Assembly: GCA_950097015.1 (NCBI GenBank)
Contig: CATNEN010000032.1
Location: 2,728,001-2,792,000, forward strand
Length of the DNA: 64,000 nt
Direction: 5' to 3'
Source: Macrostomum hystrix
Lineage: Eukaryota; Animalia; Platyhelminthes
Part shown: positions 1-12,376 of the stretch, in pieces
Layout of the letters: every line of letters begins with the position of its first letter
Numbering within the stretch: position 1 is the stretch's first letter
Program-made: the position numbers and the translations under genes
Notes under the pieces: generated by a model
The model's input: the letters and a program-made list of their open reading frames with translations, nothing else
What the model was told of the DNA's origin: nothing
The model's database searches: none

Positions 1-292
1 TTTCGCTAATTCATCCTACTTAGAAGTCAACTCTGCTGGCAACCTGTTTCAGCAGCAGCAGATGCTATACTATTGTCATTGGCATTTTATCAATTGCGAT
101 TTCTCTTTAATGTTGAAAAAGAAAATAAAAAGTAAAAAAATACTGATCACGCATTTCAGTTGAGGTAGGAATTTTCAATTAAATTAGCCGGTCTGTTTCT
201 GAGCTCGTATTTTATATTTCGTCTGACATCTCTCGACGCGCGCTGAGGTCTACTTAGAGTAGAGACTAACGCAAAACATTATTGGCTTAGAC

Positions 293-924
293 CAGGGGTC
301 GGCAAACTTATTAGCTAGCGGGCCAAATAGAGAACATAAAAGACGACAGCGGGCCGCATTGACTGTAAAAATATGAGACAATGTAGAGATTAGACACAGG
401 AGAGATGTGACACGGGAGAGATGAGACACAGGAGAGACGAGACACGGGAGAGATGAGACAGGGAAGAGATGAGACAGGGAAGAGACGAGACACTGAAGAG
501 ATGAGACGGGAGAGATGAGACACGGGAGAGTTGAGACGCGGGAGAGATGAGACACGGGAGAGTTGAGACGCGGGAGAGATGAGACACGGGAGAGTTGAGA
601 CGCGGGAGAGATGAGACACGGGAGAGTTGAGACGCGGGAGAGTTGAGACAGGGGAGAGATGAGACGCGGGAGAGTTGAGACAGGGGAGAGATGAGACGCG
701 GGAGAGTTGAGACAGGGAAGAGACGAGACACTGAAGAGATGAGACGGGAGAGATGAGACACGGGAGAGTTGAGACGCGGGAGAGATGAGACGCGGGAGAG
801 AAAGGACACAGGTGACAGGGGATAGACGAGACAGGATACTGTAGGTGTCGGAATGGGCAACGGGCCGGATTTGGGAGCTTCGAGGGCCGCATTTGGCCCG
901 CGGGCCGGAGTTTGCCGACCCCTG
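293..924. mobile_element. Non-autonomous hAT (Charlie-like) MITE
   Basis: 16-bp terminal inverted repeats CAGGGGTCGGCAAACT (293-308) and AGTTTGCCGACCCCTG (909-924), flanked by a perfect 8-bp target-site duplication GCTTAGAC (285-292, 925-932). No transposase ORF. Confidence 0.9.
375..805. repeat. GA-rich ~16-bp minisatellite inside the hAT MITE
   Basis: Tandem GGGAGAG(A/T)TGAGAC(A/G)C units. Source of the spurious ORFs at 250-955. Confidence 0.9.
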
Positions 925-1321
925 GCTTAGACGAATTCAGTTTAGCAGAAGACACTCTGAGCGATGTTCAGAGTACAGCTAGATGTACATTCAGTCCTGA
1001 TAGCAGATAAGATATGGTCTCTATTAACCAACTCTATTAAAGAAGCCTGCGAGCAATGGCGATCATTTTCTGTCTCGCCGGTTAAGAAGCAAACAGTTAA
1101 TTTTACTGAATACAAAAATAGGGCCTAGTTTAATATAAAACTAATATAATTTTGTGACTTTTTTATTCTAAAAGCAGCTGTTAATATTTGTCACTAAATT
1201 ACTGTATAGAAACTGGTTGTATTACATATAAAATAGAAAGCTGTTGGTTTATACAAAATGTACTTTATAATCTATCAAATCTTAATTTGTCTGTCAAAGT
1301 GTGTTTAAGGGGCCCAATAAA

Positions 1322-1632
1322 TATATTAATTGCAGGAGGGCTGCGGGCAATGGTACATCATTTGGTGACACTAGACCCGCAGCAGAATCAAGGTGATTCT
1401 GCCAATTTCGCTGACTCCTGAGCACACACGCACACAGATACCGAACGCAGGTACACTCTCACAGAAGTGTGTACGTTTGCCCTGACTTTGTCATCGTCAG
1501 GCAGTGTACACTCTCACTGTGCTTTGGAGGTTGGCCCTCAAGGGCGTAATGGCACGACAAGACCCCAAGCCTTCTCTCCGCGGCACGCCACAAATTAATT
1601 AAGACGCGTTAACCGATCCGCCACTCACCCCC
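1322..1632 (-). mobile_element. tRNA-derived SINE, family 1 copy (head partly deleted)
   Basis: Reverse complement matches the full-length copy at 23487-23851; the B-box region is missing. Confidence 0.85.
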
Positions 1633-1683
1633 TGACAGCCTGACAGCTAATAACAGTTCTTAGAAACCTGCGTCTGTCCGCAG

Positions 1684-3238
1684 CAGCCGTCAGTGGGCCT
1701 GTACCACTTCAGTCGACGGCTGGAGCTGCGCCGCTGCATGCTCTGCGACTCGGTTGGCCACGTCTCCGACGTTGTGTCGCTCAGCCGACTGGAGCCGGCC
1801 GATTACGAGACCCTGTTAAACAGCGGCTGGCGACGCCGGGAGCGGACAGTGTACCGCCTGCGGCCTGACACCACCTGCTGTCCGCAGTTCCCGCTGCGCT
1901 ACGAAGCGGCCGCATTCCGCCCGAGTCGAAGCCAACGCCGCGCCCTGCAACGGCTGCAGGCCAGCCTGCTGACCGAGGGCAATCATCAAGCCGATACTCA
2001 CGCTCCCAAAGAAGTAGCGGAGAGCGCGGCACGGACCGAGTCCCCGCAGCCAAGCCGCGGCAGCCGGATGCGACCGGGAAAGGCTCGCGCCAAGCGTTGG
2101 TCGCGACGTCTCGACCGGCTGCGGGCACGCGCCCAGTCGCCGTCGTCGGCCGAGGAGTTGCTGGCCGCGCACGCCGACCGATGGCGTCAAAGGCGGGAGC
2201 GCCGGAGACAACGCCAGAGTGCGCCGAGTCTCGGCCAGCTGGTCGATCCGCTGATGATGAGCGCCGGTACCGAAGGCCATCGCGGACGCCTCCAGTGGCG
2301 CCTGGTGGCCTTGAACAGCCCTGAGGCGGCAGCCGAGCTGCCCTGCTACTCGGCCTACCAGCGCGCGGTGCACGGCGAGCAGCCAGGCCAGTGCGACCTC
2401 GCCGCTTTCCGCCAACGCCTGTGCGTCAGTCCGCTGGTTTCGCAGGAGACTGCAGACTGCGGCCATTGGCCCACGGGCTCCTATCATGCCCAGCTTCTGC
2501 TGGACGGTCGCACCCTGCTGGCCGTTGAAGTTGTCGACATTCTGTCCAGGTTTCGGCCATAGACTATTTGACTGATACGATTCTGTTTATCCTCGTTCCT
2601 GAGAATAAGGGAGTGTAGCTTATTTCTTCGGACTCACAACTTGAAGGTCGGGGGTTCGATTCCTGGCTCCACTGGAACAATTTGTGTCCTTTAGCAAGAC
2701 AGTTAAACTCTGCGTTGCTTCAGTTCAACCAGCTGAGGGTTTGGTGTCCCCATAGTCCACGGACTGCACATGTGGCTAGTAATTGCGGCAGGTAAAATAA
2801 ATTTTTATTATTCGCAGCACCGTCTCGTCCTGCTATTTCTTCTCGGACCCGGCCTACAAGCGCCTCCAGCTGGGCAAAGTGAGCATTCTGCTGCAGCTCC
2901 GCCGGCTGCAGCTCCACCCGACACTCCGCTACTACACCTTGGGCTCCTACGCGCCCTACAATGCCAAGCTGAGCTACAAGGCGGAGTTTCGACCAGCTGA
3001 AATCATGAGTCCCTACACTGTGCGATGGACTCCGTTCGACTCGGCACTACAACGAAAACTCGACAACGACTGCCGCGTCCCGGCTGACCAACGGGCCGGC
3101 TTTGTCGATCCCGGAGCTGCCGGCGGCGTCGAGAAAGTCGAGGAGGCCGTCGAGAATCTTCGGGATGCTGGACTGCGGCGATTTCGGCAACTTGTTGGAC
3201 CCGACTGCGGCGGGAACTTCTTGTTGGATGTCGACTGA
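1684..3238 (+). CDS. ATE1: Arginyl-tRNA--protein transferase (ATE1-like); exons ~1684-2549 and 2818-3238; no ATG in the first visible exon
   Basis: CMLC, LLNSGWRR and TCCPQF match ATE_N. YQRAVH, LCVSPL, GSYH, LDG...VVDIL, then (after a GT-AG phase-2 intron 2550-2817) VSSCYFFSDP and YYTLGSY..AKLSYKAEFRPAEIMSP match ATE_C. The C-terminus LVGPDCGGNFLL resembles the animal ATE1 end. Confidence 0.85.
2609..2792 (+). mobile_element. tRNA-derived SINE, family 2, in the ATE1 intron
   Basis: A-box-like GTGTAGCTTA and B-box GGTTCGATTCC. A related segment (GTTCGATTCC...CCCCAGTCCAYGGACTG) recurs near 49200-49290. Confidence 0.6.
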
Positions 3239-3686
3239 GGCCGCTTCTGAGACTCCAAGTTGATCGACTGCAAGAATTTGAATTAACCCGAATTTGAGTC
3301 ATTCGAAAATGTAGTCCTTCCGAATGTGACACATCCCAATTTTTGCCATTCCGGATTAAAATCATTCCGAATTTTTAACATTCCGAAAGGCTTTCGATTC
3401 CGCAACATTCCGAGAATCCGAAATCCCGAAACTGCGAGTTTCTGCTAGCGATTTTAGTTAATTCGCGTATTACTTTTAATATTTTATATTCCGTATTCAA
3501 AGCTTTGCTGATTACAAAAATAAACCATAAAATTTGCGCTTACTAGCTTTATGCTTTATTCGGAAAAACTAATAATTTTTTGTTAACATTGAAACGTGTT
3601 TTTTACCAAGTAAACGAAAGGCATTAAAAAGGGAGAAGGAAATACATTATTATGCCAGGGTGTATTTAACAAAAATACTTTTCGTT

Positions 3687-4487
3687 TTGAGTTTAGGCTC
3701 TTCAGCCACCCTTCAGGTTTTGAGTTTAGGCTCTTCAGCTACCCTTCAGTTTTTGAGTTTAGCCTCTTCAGCCACCCTTCAGGTTCTGAGTTTAGGCTCT
3801 TCAGCCACCCTTCAGGTTTTGAGTTTAGGCTCTTCAGCTACCCTTCAGGTTCTGAGTTTAGGCTCTTCAGCCACCCTTCAGGTTTTGAGATTAGGCTCTT
3901 CAGCCACCCTTCAGGTTCTGAGTTTAGGCTCTTCAGCCACCCTTCAGGTTCTGAGTTTAGGCTTTTCAGCCACCCTTCAGGTTTTGAGATTAGGCTCTTC
4001 AGCCACCCTTCAGGTTCTGAGTTTAGGCTCTTCAGCCACCCTTCAGGTTCTGAGTTTAGGCTTTTCAGCCACCCTTTAGGTTTTGAGTTTAGGCTCTTCA
4101 GCCACCCTTCAGGTTCTGAGTTTAGGCTTTTCAGCCAACCTTCAGGTTTTGAGATTAGGCTCTTCAGCCAACCTTCAGGTTATGAGATTAGGCTCTTCAG
4201 CCAACCTTCAGGTTTTGAGTTTAGGCTCTTCAGCCACCCTTCAGGTTTTGAGATTAGGCTCTTCAGCCACCCTTCAGGTTCTGAGTTTAGGCTCTTCAGC
4301 CAACCTTCAGGTTTTGAGTTTAGGCTCTTCAGCCACCCTTCAGGTTCTGAGTTTAGGCTTTTCAGCCACCCTTCAGGTTCTGAGTTTAGGCTCTTCAGCC
4401 ACCCTTCAGGTTTTGAGATTAGGCTCTTCAGCCAACCTTCAGGTTTAGAGTTTAGGCTCTTCAGCCACCCTTCAGGTTTTGAGATTG
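3687..4487. repeat. 33-bp minisatellite (~24 copies)
   Basis: Unit TGAGTTTAGGCTCTTCAGCCACCCTTCAGGTT(T/C). Confidence 0.95.
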
Positions 4488-5460
4488 GACCACAGCGGAT
4501 GAGGTGGGCCATCTACTGCAGCTTCAGCGGCTGATCAGCTTGGGCTCCGGCACTCTGCCTCTGGTAGCTCGGACTTCTCAGCGGTCTGGGTGGCCAATAT
4601 CCAATTACGATGCAATCAATAACTGCATTGTCTCAACTGGCTTTGCACTCGAGTGTGTCAGTCTGTTTTCTGCGGATCGGCAAAATCGAAAGTTTATTTG
4701 ACACTTTCAGCCAGTGTCAGCCCCAGTTACTGCGCAACGGTTTCTAAAACGAAGTCGCATAGACAGGTGAGGGCCACTACACCTGTTTAAATTGCTACCC
4801 CAGCTGATGCTGGTACCCATTGCAGAGCTGGGTAAACTCAAGCTATGAGGAACTCTATAATTTAAGGAAAAACTGGTTCTCTTTGAGTAAAAGTAATTTT
4901 AAAGATGAATTCAAGAAAATTAGCTTGAAATATTTGATAGTACCCGGAAACAAAAAGCAAATGAAAACAAGCTAAGTAGAGACAGCTCAGATATCTAATG
5001 GATAAACATTTTATCAAGCTGCATGATACACACATGTCGCTGTTTTTGCATTTGCAAAAATAGATCATGTCTTAAGAAAATTTAGCGTCATGTCAAAAAT
5101 CGTCTGCGCCGAAACCAAGATAAAAAGTTGCTACTTAAATTCTCACGGGCCATCTGGTGCAGTAACTACGACATGCAGCTACTTAATTCACTTCATTGAA
5201 TTTGTCGCTCATCGCAACTGACAATGCGATCGCTAGCATGCGACAACTCCCGGGGCTGCGCCTGGAATGATGAGGCGGCAGGTTTCTAGGAAACTATAGA
5301 GGCTTGACACATGGCCGAGAATCCGGACTGCAGGCGGAGGCGCCTGGAGCGTTTAATCGGGCATAAAAGGCAACAGGCTCGAGCTCCCGAGTCCAGGCTT
5401 CGCGCTCAAGTTGCCACTAGTTGACTTAAGAAAAAAGATTATAATTTTTTCTTGGAAAAA

Positions 5461-5946
5461 ATGCCTAGCAGAGTTCTAGCCGCGGCTGTTGCTCTGTACC
5501 TGGCGCTGTTCTGCAGCCTGATGGCAGCTTTGCCGGCGAATGCGACGAAGATCGATCAAGATGACAAAGCGATCATGATAGACTCTGCCGAGAAATCGGA
5601 CAGCGGTAGTGAGTTAGTTTCTCTGATTGTTTCGCTGAGTAAAGATGCTTTACTGCTAAGAAATGGGCCTGCAAATTCTGTTTCAGAGTACGACCTCCTA
5701 GTCTACATGTCCGAGTCGGAGAGGCGCAAGATCTGCAGCTGGTGCCCGGACTGCTCGATGTGCGCCGGCGGCAGCCTCGAAGCCATCGCGCCGTCCATTG
5801 GCAACAAGTTTGAAATCCACTGGTCCGACACAGATCCAGACGAGAATAATCGCAGAAAGCGCATAGTGAACTTGACGAGGCCGGCCAGGTACCACTGCGG
5901 CAAGTGTCCCACCTGCTACTGCTATTACAGGGCCTGGCGAGGCTAA
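5461..5946 (+). CDS. Secreted cysteine-rich prepropeptide of unknown family
   Basis: ATG at 5461; hydrophobic signal peptide (VLAAAVALYLALFCSLMAA); basic cleavage sites RRK and RRKR before two 4-Cys modules; terminal Gly; GC-rich, coding-like composition. Confidence 0.7.
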   Translation: MPSRVLAAAVALYLALFCSLMAALPANATKIDQDDKAIMIDSAEKSDSGSELVSLIVSLSKDALLLRNGPANSVSEYDLLVYMSESERRKICSWCPDCSMCAGGSLEAIAPSIGNKFEIHWSDTDPDENNRRKRIVNLTRPARYHCGKCPTCYCYYRAWRG

Positions 5947-6671
5947 CAGACAGGCTGGTGGAGTCGCGTTCTGAGCATGCAACGAAAAGTGAAGAAGACT
6001 GGCAAATCCGCTCGTTCAGATTTGTTTTAATCTCGAAAACTGTCAAACTTTAACAAAAACATTGGCTGAGAAAATATATGAGAGTTGCCATGATTTTTGC
6101 CGACAGGTTTGACACCGCTGCGAAATAATCCAGCGATAATGAAAGAATCCCTTAACTGAAGTTGCCTGATTTGTTCAATTGCTGGCTTTTGGAATAGTCG
6201 TTGAAAATAATGTCTTCTAGCACGCCTCGCAATCATTTTTTTATCAGAAAGACAATGGGAGGCGTTTTATACAGAGCGATGACTGAGTGACTGCTTGACT
6301 GACTCCTGTTCTAGTCACCTGGTTGGCCCTGTTCAAGGAGCTGGGTGACTACAACACACACACGAAACTGAAAGTTTGTTTATCGTAAAATGGTGGAAAT
6401 TTTTAATTCAGATGATGGACTTTCACGAAAATCGGTCATTCGGTATGGGTGCAGAGGGTATTTAAAATACCCCATGGTCTTTCTCCAGGGGGGGAAATAG
6501 CTTGGTCTTTCTACTGTTAAAGAATGAAGCGGATACTCGTATAAGAAGCAGAAAGAATAGTAAAGAGAGGCCCAGTTAATCACACTGTTGCTATTTAGCA
6601 CTCTTTGTAATAAAGACGGAAGGCATTACGAGCATTCGAAGCTGTATCGTATCGTAGTAACCACAGTAAGA

Positions 6672-7010
6672 TCCACAGAATCACAGCAGGATCCGTCACA
6701 AGAATCGCAGCAGGATCCGTCACAAGAATCGCAGGAGAATCCGTGGCAAGAATCGCAGCAGCATCCGTGGCAAGAATCCCAGGAGGATCCGTGGCAAAAA
6801 TCGCAACAGGATCCGTCACAAGAATCGCAGGAGAATCCGTGGCCAGAATCGCAGCAGCATCCGTGCCAAGAATCACAGGAGGATCCGTGGCAAGAATCGC
6901 AGGAGCCGTGGCAAGAATTGCAAAAGGATCCGGGCAAGAATCGCAGCAGGAGCCGTGGCAAGAATCGCAGCAGGAGCCGTGGCAAGAATCGCAGGAGGAT
7001 CCGTAGCAAG
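6672..7010. repeat. 24-bp minisatellite with a 96-bp higher-order repeat
   Basis: Unit GAATCGCAGCAGGATCCGTGGCAA; a block of four variant units is repeated twice. Confidence 0.85.
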
Positions 7011-7378
7011 AATCGTATCACGATCCGTCACAAGAATCAATCGCCTTTGGGAGGCGATTGCGAGTTCTTTACTCGCAACGATAACCAATATATTAAGTTC
7101 GACAATGGCCCTACTTTCGGTTGTCCACAATGAAAAAATAAATAAATGACTCAAAGAAGCAAAGCAAAACTTTTTTTTCAGTAGTCGCGTCTGTTTCAAA
7201 ACGCACTAAGTTTTTGTTCCAATTTTTTTTCAATCCAGAAGGGAACAACAATAGCAGTTGCCAATGCTAGACCCAGAAGTACATTCTGTTTCGCACTTAA
7301 CTCCCAGAAGCAGTCAACAGGCAATGCACAAGCGGCACCCGATAAGCGTCAAAGTCGGTGTCCAACCAAGCAAGCTCC

Positions 7379-9362
7379 TTAACGCTTCCTGCGCATCTTC
7401 TGGAAGTTGTTCTTGCGCCAGAACGCGTGCCTGCTGCCGCCGATGGTCTGGTGATAGCCGTGACCCTTGCCGAGGCCGCGGCTCTTCTTAGAGGCGCTAG
7501 TCAGGCCGCGCATCTCGCGGTGCTTGTGCTTGGAGGTGCAGATCCAGTTGATGCGCGGGTCGCGCCGGATGGCCTTGTGGTTGGGATCCACCAGGATCAC
7601 CTCGTAGAACTTGTAGGTGGAGTCCTGCGCGATCCAGTAGGAGCCCAGGACCCGCAGGGCGCCCAGTTTGCGGCCGACGCGCTCCTGTGGTTAGTCAAAG
7701 TTGGAGAATAAAAATAGAATAATGACCTCATCCATCAATCACGCAGCTGGTCATGATCCTCATTCATTCAGTCAAGCAGCTGGTCATGACCCTGATTCAT
7801 TCAGTCAAGCAGCTGGTCATGATCCTCATTCATTCAGTCAAGCAGCTGGTCATGACCCTGATTCATTCAGTCAAGCAGCTGGTCATGACCCTGATTCATT
7901 CAGTCAAGCAGCTGGTCATGACCCTGATTCATTCAGTCAAGCAGCTGGTCATGACCCTGATTCATTCAGTCAAGGAGCTGGTCATGACCCTGATTCATTC
8001 AGTCAAGCAGCTGGTCATGACCCTGATTCATTCAGTCAAGCAGCTGGTCATGACCCTGATTCATTCAGTCAAGCAGCTGGTCATGATCCTCATTCATTCA
8101 GTCAAGCAGCTGGTCATGACCCTGATTCATTCAGTCAAGCAGCTGGTTATGATCCTGATTCATTCAGTCAAGCAGCTGGTCATGACCCTGATTCATTCAG
8201 TCAAGCAGCTGGTCATGACCCTGATTCATTCAGTCAAGGAGCTGGTCATGACCCTGATTCATTCAGTCAAGCAGCTGGTCATGACCCTGATTCATTCAGT
8301 CAAGCAGCTGGTCATGACCCTGATTCATTCAGTCAAGCAGCTGGTCATGACCCTGATTCATTCAGTCAAGCAGCTGGTCATGATCCTCATTCATTCAGTC
8401 AAGCAGCTGGTCATGACCCTGATTCATTCAGTCAAGCAGCTGGTCATGACCCTGATTCATTCAGTCAAGGAGCTGGTCATGACCCTGATTCATTCAGTCA
8501 AGCAGCTGGTCATGACCCTGATTCATTCAGTCAAGCAGCTGGTCATGATCCTCATTCATTCAGTCAAGCAGCTGGTCATGACCCTGATTCGTTCAGTCAA
8601 GCAGCTGGTCATGACCCTGATTCATTCAGTCAAGCAGCTGGTCATGACCCTGATTCATTCAGTCAAGCAGCTGGTCATGACCCTGATTCATTCAGTCAAG
8701 CAGCTGGTCATGACCCTGATTCATTCAGTCAAGCAGCTGGTCATGACCCTGATTCATTCAGTCAAGCAGCTGGTCATGACCCTGATTCATTCAGTCAAGC
8801 AGCTGGTCATGACCCTGATTCATTCAGTCAAGCAGCTGGTCATGACCCTGATTCATTCAGTCAAGCAGCTGGTCATGACCCTGATTGATTCAGTCAAGCA
8901 GCTGGTCATGACCCTGATTCATTCAGTCAAGCAGCTGGTCATGACCCTGATTTATTCAGTCACGAACCAAATCAATAATAATAAAAACCGAATCGATAAA
9001 TCCAGCAACACGGATTTCCTAGAAAAGCGAACACTTCAAGGTAAAAAATTCACCTCGGCAATGGCCTGATGACTGCGCTGGTTCTTTAATTGGTTGACAC
9101 CCTCGTGCACCGGCTTGCCGTAGGTGGCACCCTTCGGCACCGGGCGCTTGCGACCTCCGCGTCGGATGCGAATGCGATAGACAACGAAGCCCTGCTTGGC
9201 CTTGTAGCCGAGGCGTCGGGCCCTGTCAGGCCGGGTGGGCTTGGTGGCGCGGTGGATGACGTGCTTCTGGCGCAGGTGCCAGCAGCGGAGGCGCAGAATG
9301 AAGCGCATTACATCCGACTGCTTCTTGCGGTAGAGCTCCGAGATGAACTTGTAGGCTCCCAT
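7379..9362 (-). CDS. RPL15: 60S ribosomal protein L15 (eL15); exons 9362-9054 and 7684-7379; 204 aa
   Basis: [21 protein letters not shown]...[11 protein letters not shown]; GT-AG phase-0 intron; [34 protein letters not shown]. The spliced length matches eL15. Confidence 0.98.
7742..8962. repeat. 33-bp minisatellite (~37 copies) filling the RPL15 intron
   Basis: Unit AGCTGGTCATGACCCTGATTCATTCAGTCAAGC; near-identical copies with no spacers. Confidence 0.97.
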
Positions 9363-9444
9363 GACTGCTGCAATGTATTGATTGCGACAGGTCTGACAAA
9401 CATCACAACTTCCACGTGATTTTTTACCCTAGATTATACATCTT

Positions 9445-10190
9445 ATTCCTAGAATGCTACATTCAAATGACTTCTTATTTCCTAGAATGCTACATTCAAA
9501 TGACTTCTTATTTCCTAGAATGCTACATTCAAATGACTTCTTATTTCCTAGAATGCTACATTCAAATGACTTCTTATTTCCTAGAATGCTACATTCCAAT
9601 GACTTCTTGTTTCCTAGAATGCTACATTCCAATGACTTCTTATTTCCTAGAATGCTACATTCCAATAACTTCTTGTTTCCTAGAATGCTACATTCCAATG
9701 ACTTCTTATTTCCTAGAATGCTACATTCCAATGACTTCTTATTTCCTAGAATGCTACATTCCAATAACTTCTTATTTCCTAGAATGCTACATTCCAATGA
9801 CTTCTTGTTTCCTAGAATGCTACATTCCAATGACTTCTTGTTTCCTAGAATGCTACATTCCAATGACTTCTTGTTTCCTAGAATGCTACATTCCAATGAC
9901 TTCTTATTTCCTAGAATGCTACATTCCAATGACTTCTTATTTCCTAGAATGCTACATTCCAATGACTTCTTATTTCCTAGAATGCTACATTCCAATGACT
10001 TCTTATTTCCTAGAATGCTACATTCCAATGACTTCTTATTTCCTAGAATGCTACATTCCAATGACTTCTTATTTCCTAGAATGCTGCATTCCAATAACTT
10101 CTTATTTCCTAGAATGCTACATTCCAATAACTTCTTATTTCCTAGAATGCTACATTCCAATAACTTCCTATTTCTAAGAATGCTACATTT
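9445..10190. repeat. 33-bp minisatellite upstream of the RPL15 ATG
   Basis: Unit TTCCTAGAATGCTACATTCCAATGACTTCTTAT, ~22 copies. Confidence 0.95.
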
Positions 10191-10717
10191 CAAGCTGCAA
10201 ATTTCTCTTAATGCTTCATTCAAAAAAATTTATATATTACTCTAAACTACGTTATTTTATAGTACCTGGAGGCAATGTGTCCTTAAATGTAACATTTAGG
10301 ATTACATACCCTAGACCTGGTTTTCTTCAATTTTGCAGGCTTTAAGTAACTTAAAACTCAAAAGGCTTTGAGTAAAGGATTGATTGCCACATGCAAACGC
10401 TAGGCACTAATCTGTAGACTTGCCAGTAAGTCAGGGAAAACAATTGTTAGACAAATCTTTAGTGCAATAATTATTTACAGATAAATAATGCAGATTCAGC
10501 AAAACATTTTTAACGATGATTAGATGATTATCCAGTTTCAAAATTTTAGAGAAAAACAAAAATAACCTTAACAAAAGGTGTAATATTTTCAGCAAAAAAT
10601 ATGTGTATGCGAACATACATTTAGTAAGCATTGCAAGCCCTGATGGCACGCATTCTTTAAAACTGGATAAATAGCAATGGCAAAGTACACATTGTCCAAT
10701 AATCACACTTCAGATAG

Positions 10718-12328
10718 CTAATTATCCGAAACGGCCGAGAGGGCGGACTCCGTCAAGCCTTCACCAGTTGCACTACCGCAATTTCCATTTCCGCCGCCGC
10801 CGCAGCATCGCCCGGAGGTAGAACAGCTGACCCGCTGCTGCTGCTGCTGCTGATTGGACATCAATCGATCCCGCTGTTTCTTAGCCGAACAAGCCGACGA
10901 TTTGCCAACAGCCAGTCGGGGATTTCCAGAATTCAATCCATCCAGCAGTACGCAGGCCTTGCACAATGGCTGGCTGCTCACATAGCCGCACAGACTGCAG
11001 TTAGTGAGCTCAGGCATTCGAGCATCGGATCTGAAGCGAAGCCGCTCAGCAGCGTGTATTATGTGCAGCAGAGAGGCTGGCCTAGCCCGCTCCAGATCCT
11101 TCACCAGTGACCTGGCGTGACCTCTGTACGCAGCCGGAGCGTACAGGCACTCGGTGGCAAAGTAGTCCAGCTTCTTGAAGTAGGCGTACAGGACAATCTC
11201 CTTCTCGTAGGCGTATTTCAACGGCTTGCAACGGGCCGGGAGACCGCCGCCGGTGTGCGTCACCGCGTCGGCGCATCTGGCCAGCCTGGCCGCGTCACCG
11301 CGTAGCAGGTTCATGATGACAGTCTCGGCTACGTCGTCGGCGTTGTGCCCGGTGGCCAGCTTGTCGGCGCGCAGATGAGCGGCGCCTCGGTCAAGGGCCT
11401 GACGACGAAACACGCCGCAGAAGGTGCAGTTGCTGCGACGACCGGCAGCTCGGACCACTTCGTCCATGGTCCAGCCGTACAGGTCGCGATAGGTGAAGAT
11501 TGTCAGGGGCAGGCCCAGGCTCACCTGTCGAAAAAGGTGGCAATTCAGATAGGATTTTTGATTCGGCTATTGATTTATTATAGGATATTTCACTTTATTA
11601 GATCTATAATACACTTAATTCAGTAATGGATTATCGTTTGGAATCAATTAACTTGAGAAATAAATGAACATTAAGGATTATCGAGCATTCTGTCGAATTA
11701 TTCATTATTCTGTAAAAAATACATTAAGGATTATCCTGTATTAAATAATATATTAAGGATTTTCTAGTATTAAATAATACATTAAGGATTATCCTGTATT
11801 AAATAATATATTAAGGATTATCCTGTATTAAATAATTCATTAAGGATTATCGAGTCTGCTGTCAAATAATCGAGTAAGACCATAAGGAATGTAGTCTTGG
11901 TTGTCGAACCGTCTTTATGTATAATCAAAGAAATTTTTTAAGTAATTCCCTAAGGATTAGGTAGCTGAATTGTCATTCTAAGGGTTAACAAGTTAGCAGG
12001 CAAAGCGCAAACCTCGGTCCGTCTGAGTGCCTCAAGCGAGTCGTCACGATAACCGGCGATGCCCTCATCGATGGCCAGCAGCTGCAGGTCCAGCCCGTAG
12101 CTGTGCCGCTCATTCAGTGTCTTCATCAGATAGGCCAGCACGGTGGAGTCTTTGCCGCCCGAAGCTCCGATGGCTACCCTGTCTCCTGCTGAGAACATGC
12201 GGCTAGCTAGGATTGTGTCGTGAGTTTCTGTTTCAAAGGCCCAGAAGAAACAGTCGCGACAAACCGCGTGTCCAGTCTTGGGGCGCCGCAGCTGCGGCTT
12301 CTTGTCGCAGAAGCGGCATTTGCGAACT

Positions 12329-12376
<48 letters not shown>

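Noticed and set aside
3660-4512. LSLGSSATLQV repeat ORFs resembling an LRR or beta-solenoid protein
   Set aside because: 33-bp minisatellite; non-ATG starts and near-identical DNA units.
6588-7133. ESQQDPWQ repeat ORF
   Set aside because: TTG start and a register shift mid-array; probably non-coding, although a coding exon cannot be fully excluded.
7701-9069. 395-aa and 438-aa repeat ORFs ([11 protein letters not shown] / [11 protein letters not shown])
   Set aside because: Open frames of a 33-bp array lying antisense inside the RPL15 intron; several frames are open simply because the unit lacks stops.
9416-10245. Three overlapping 11-aa-repeat ORFs
   Set aside because: Minisatellite read-through on both strands.
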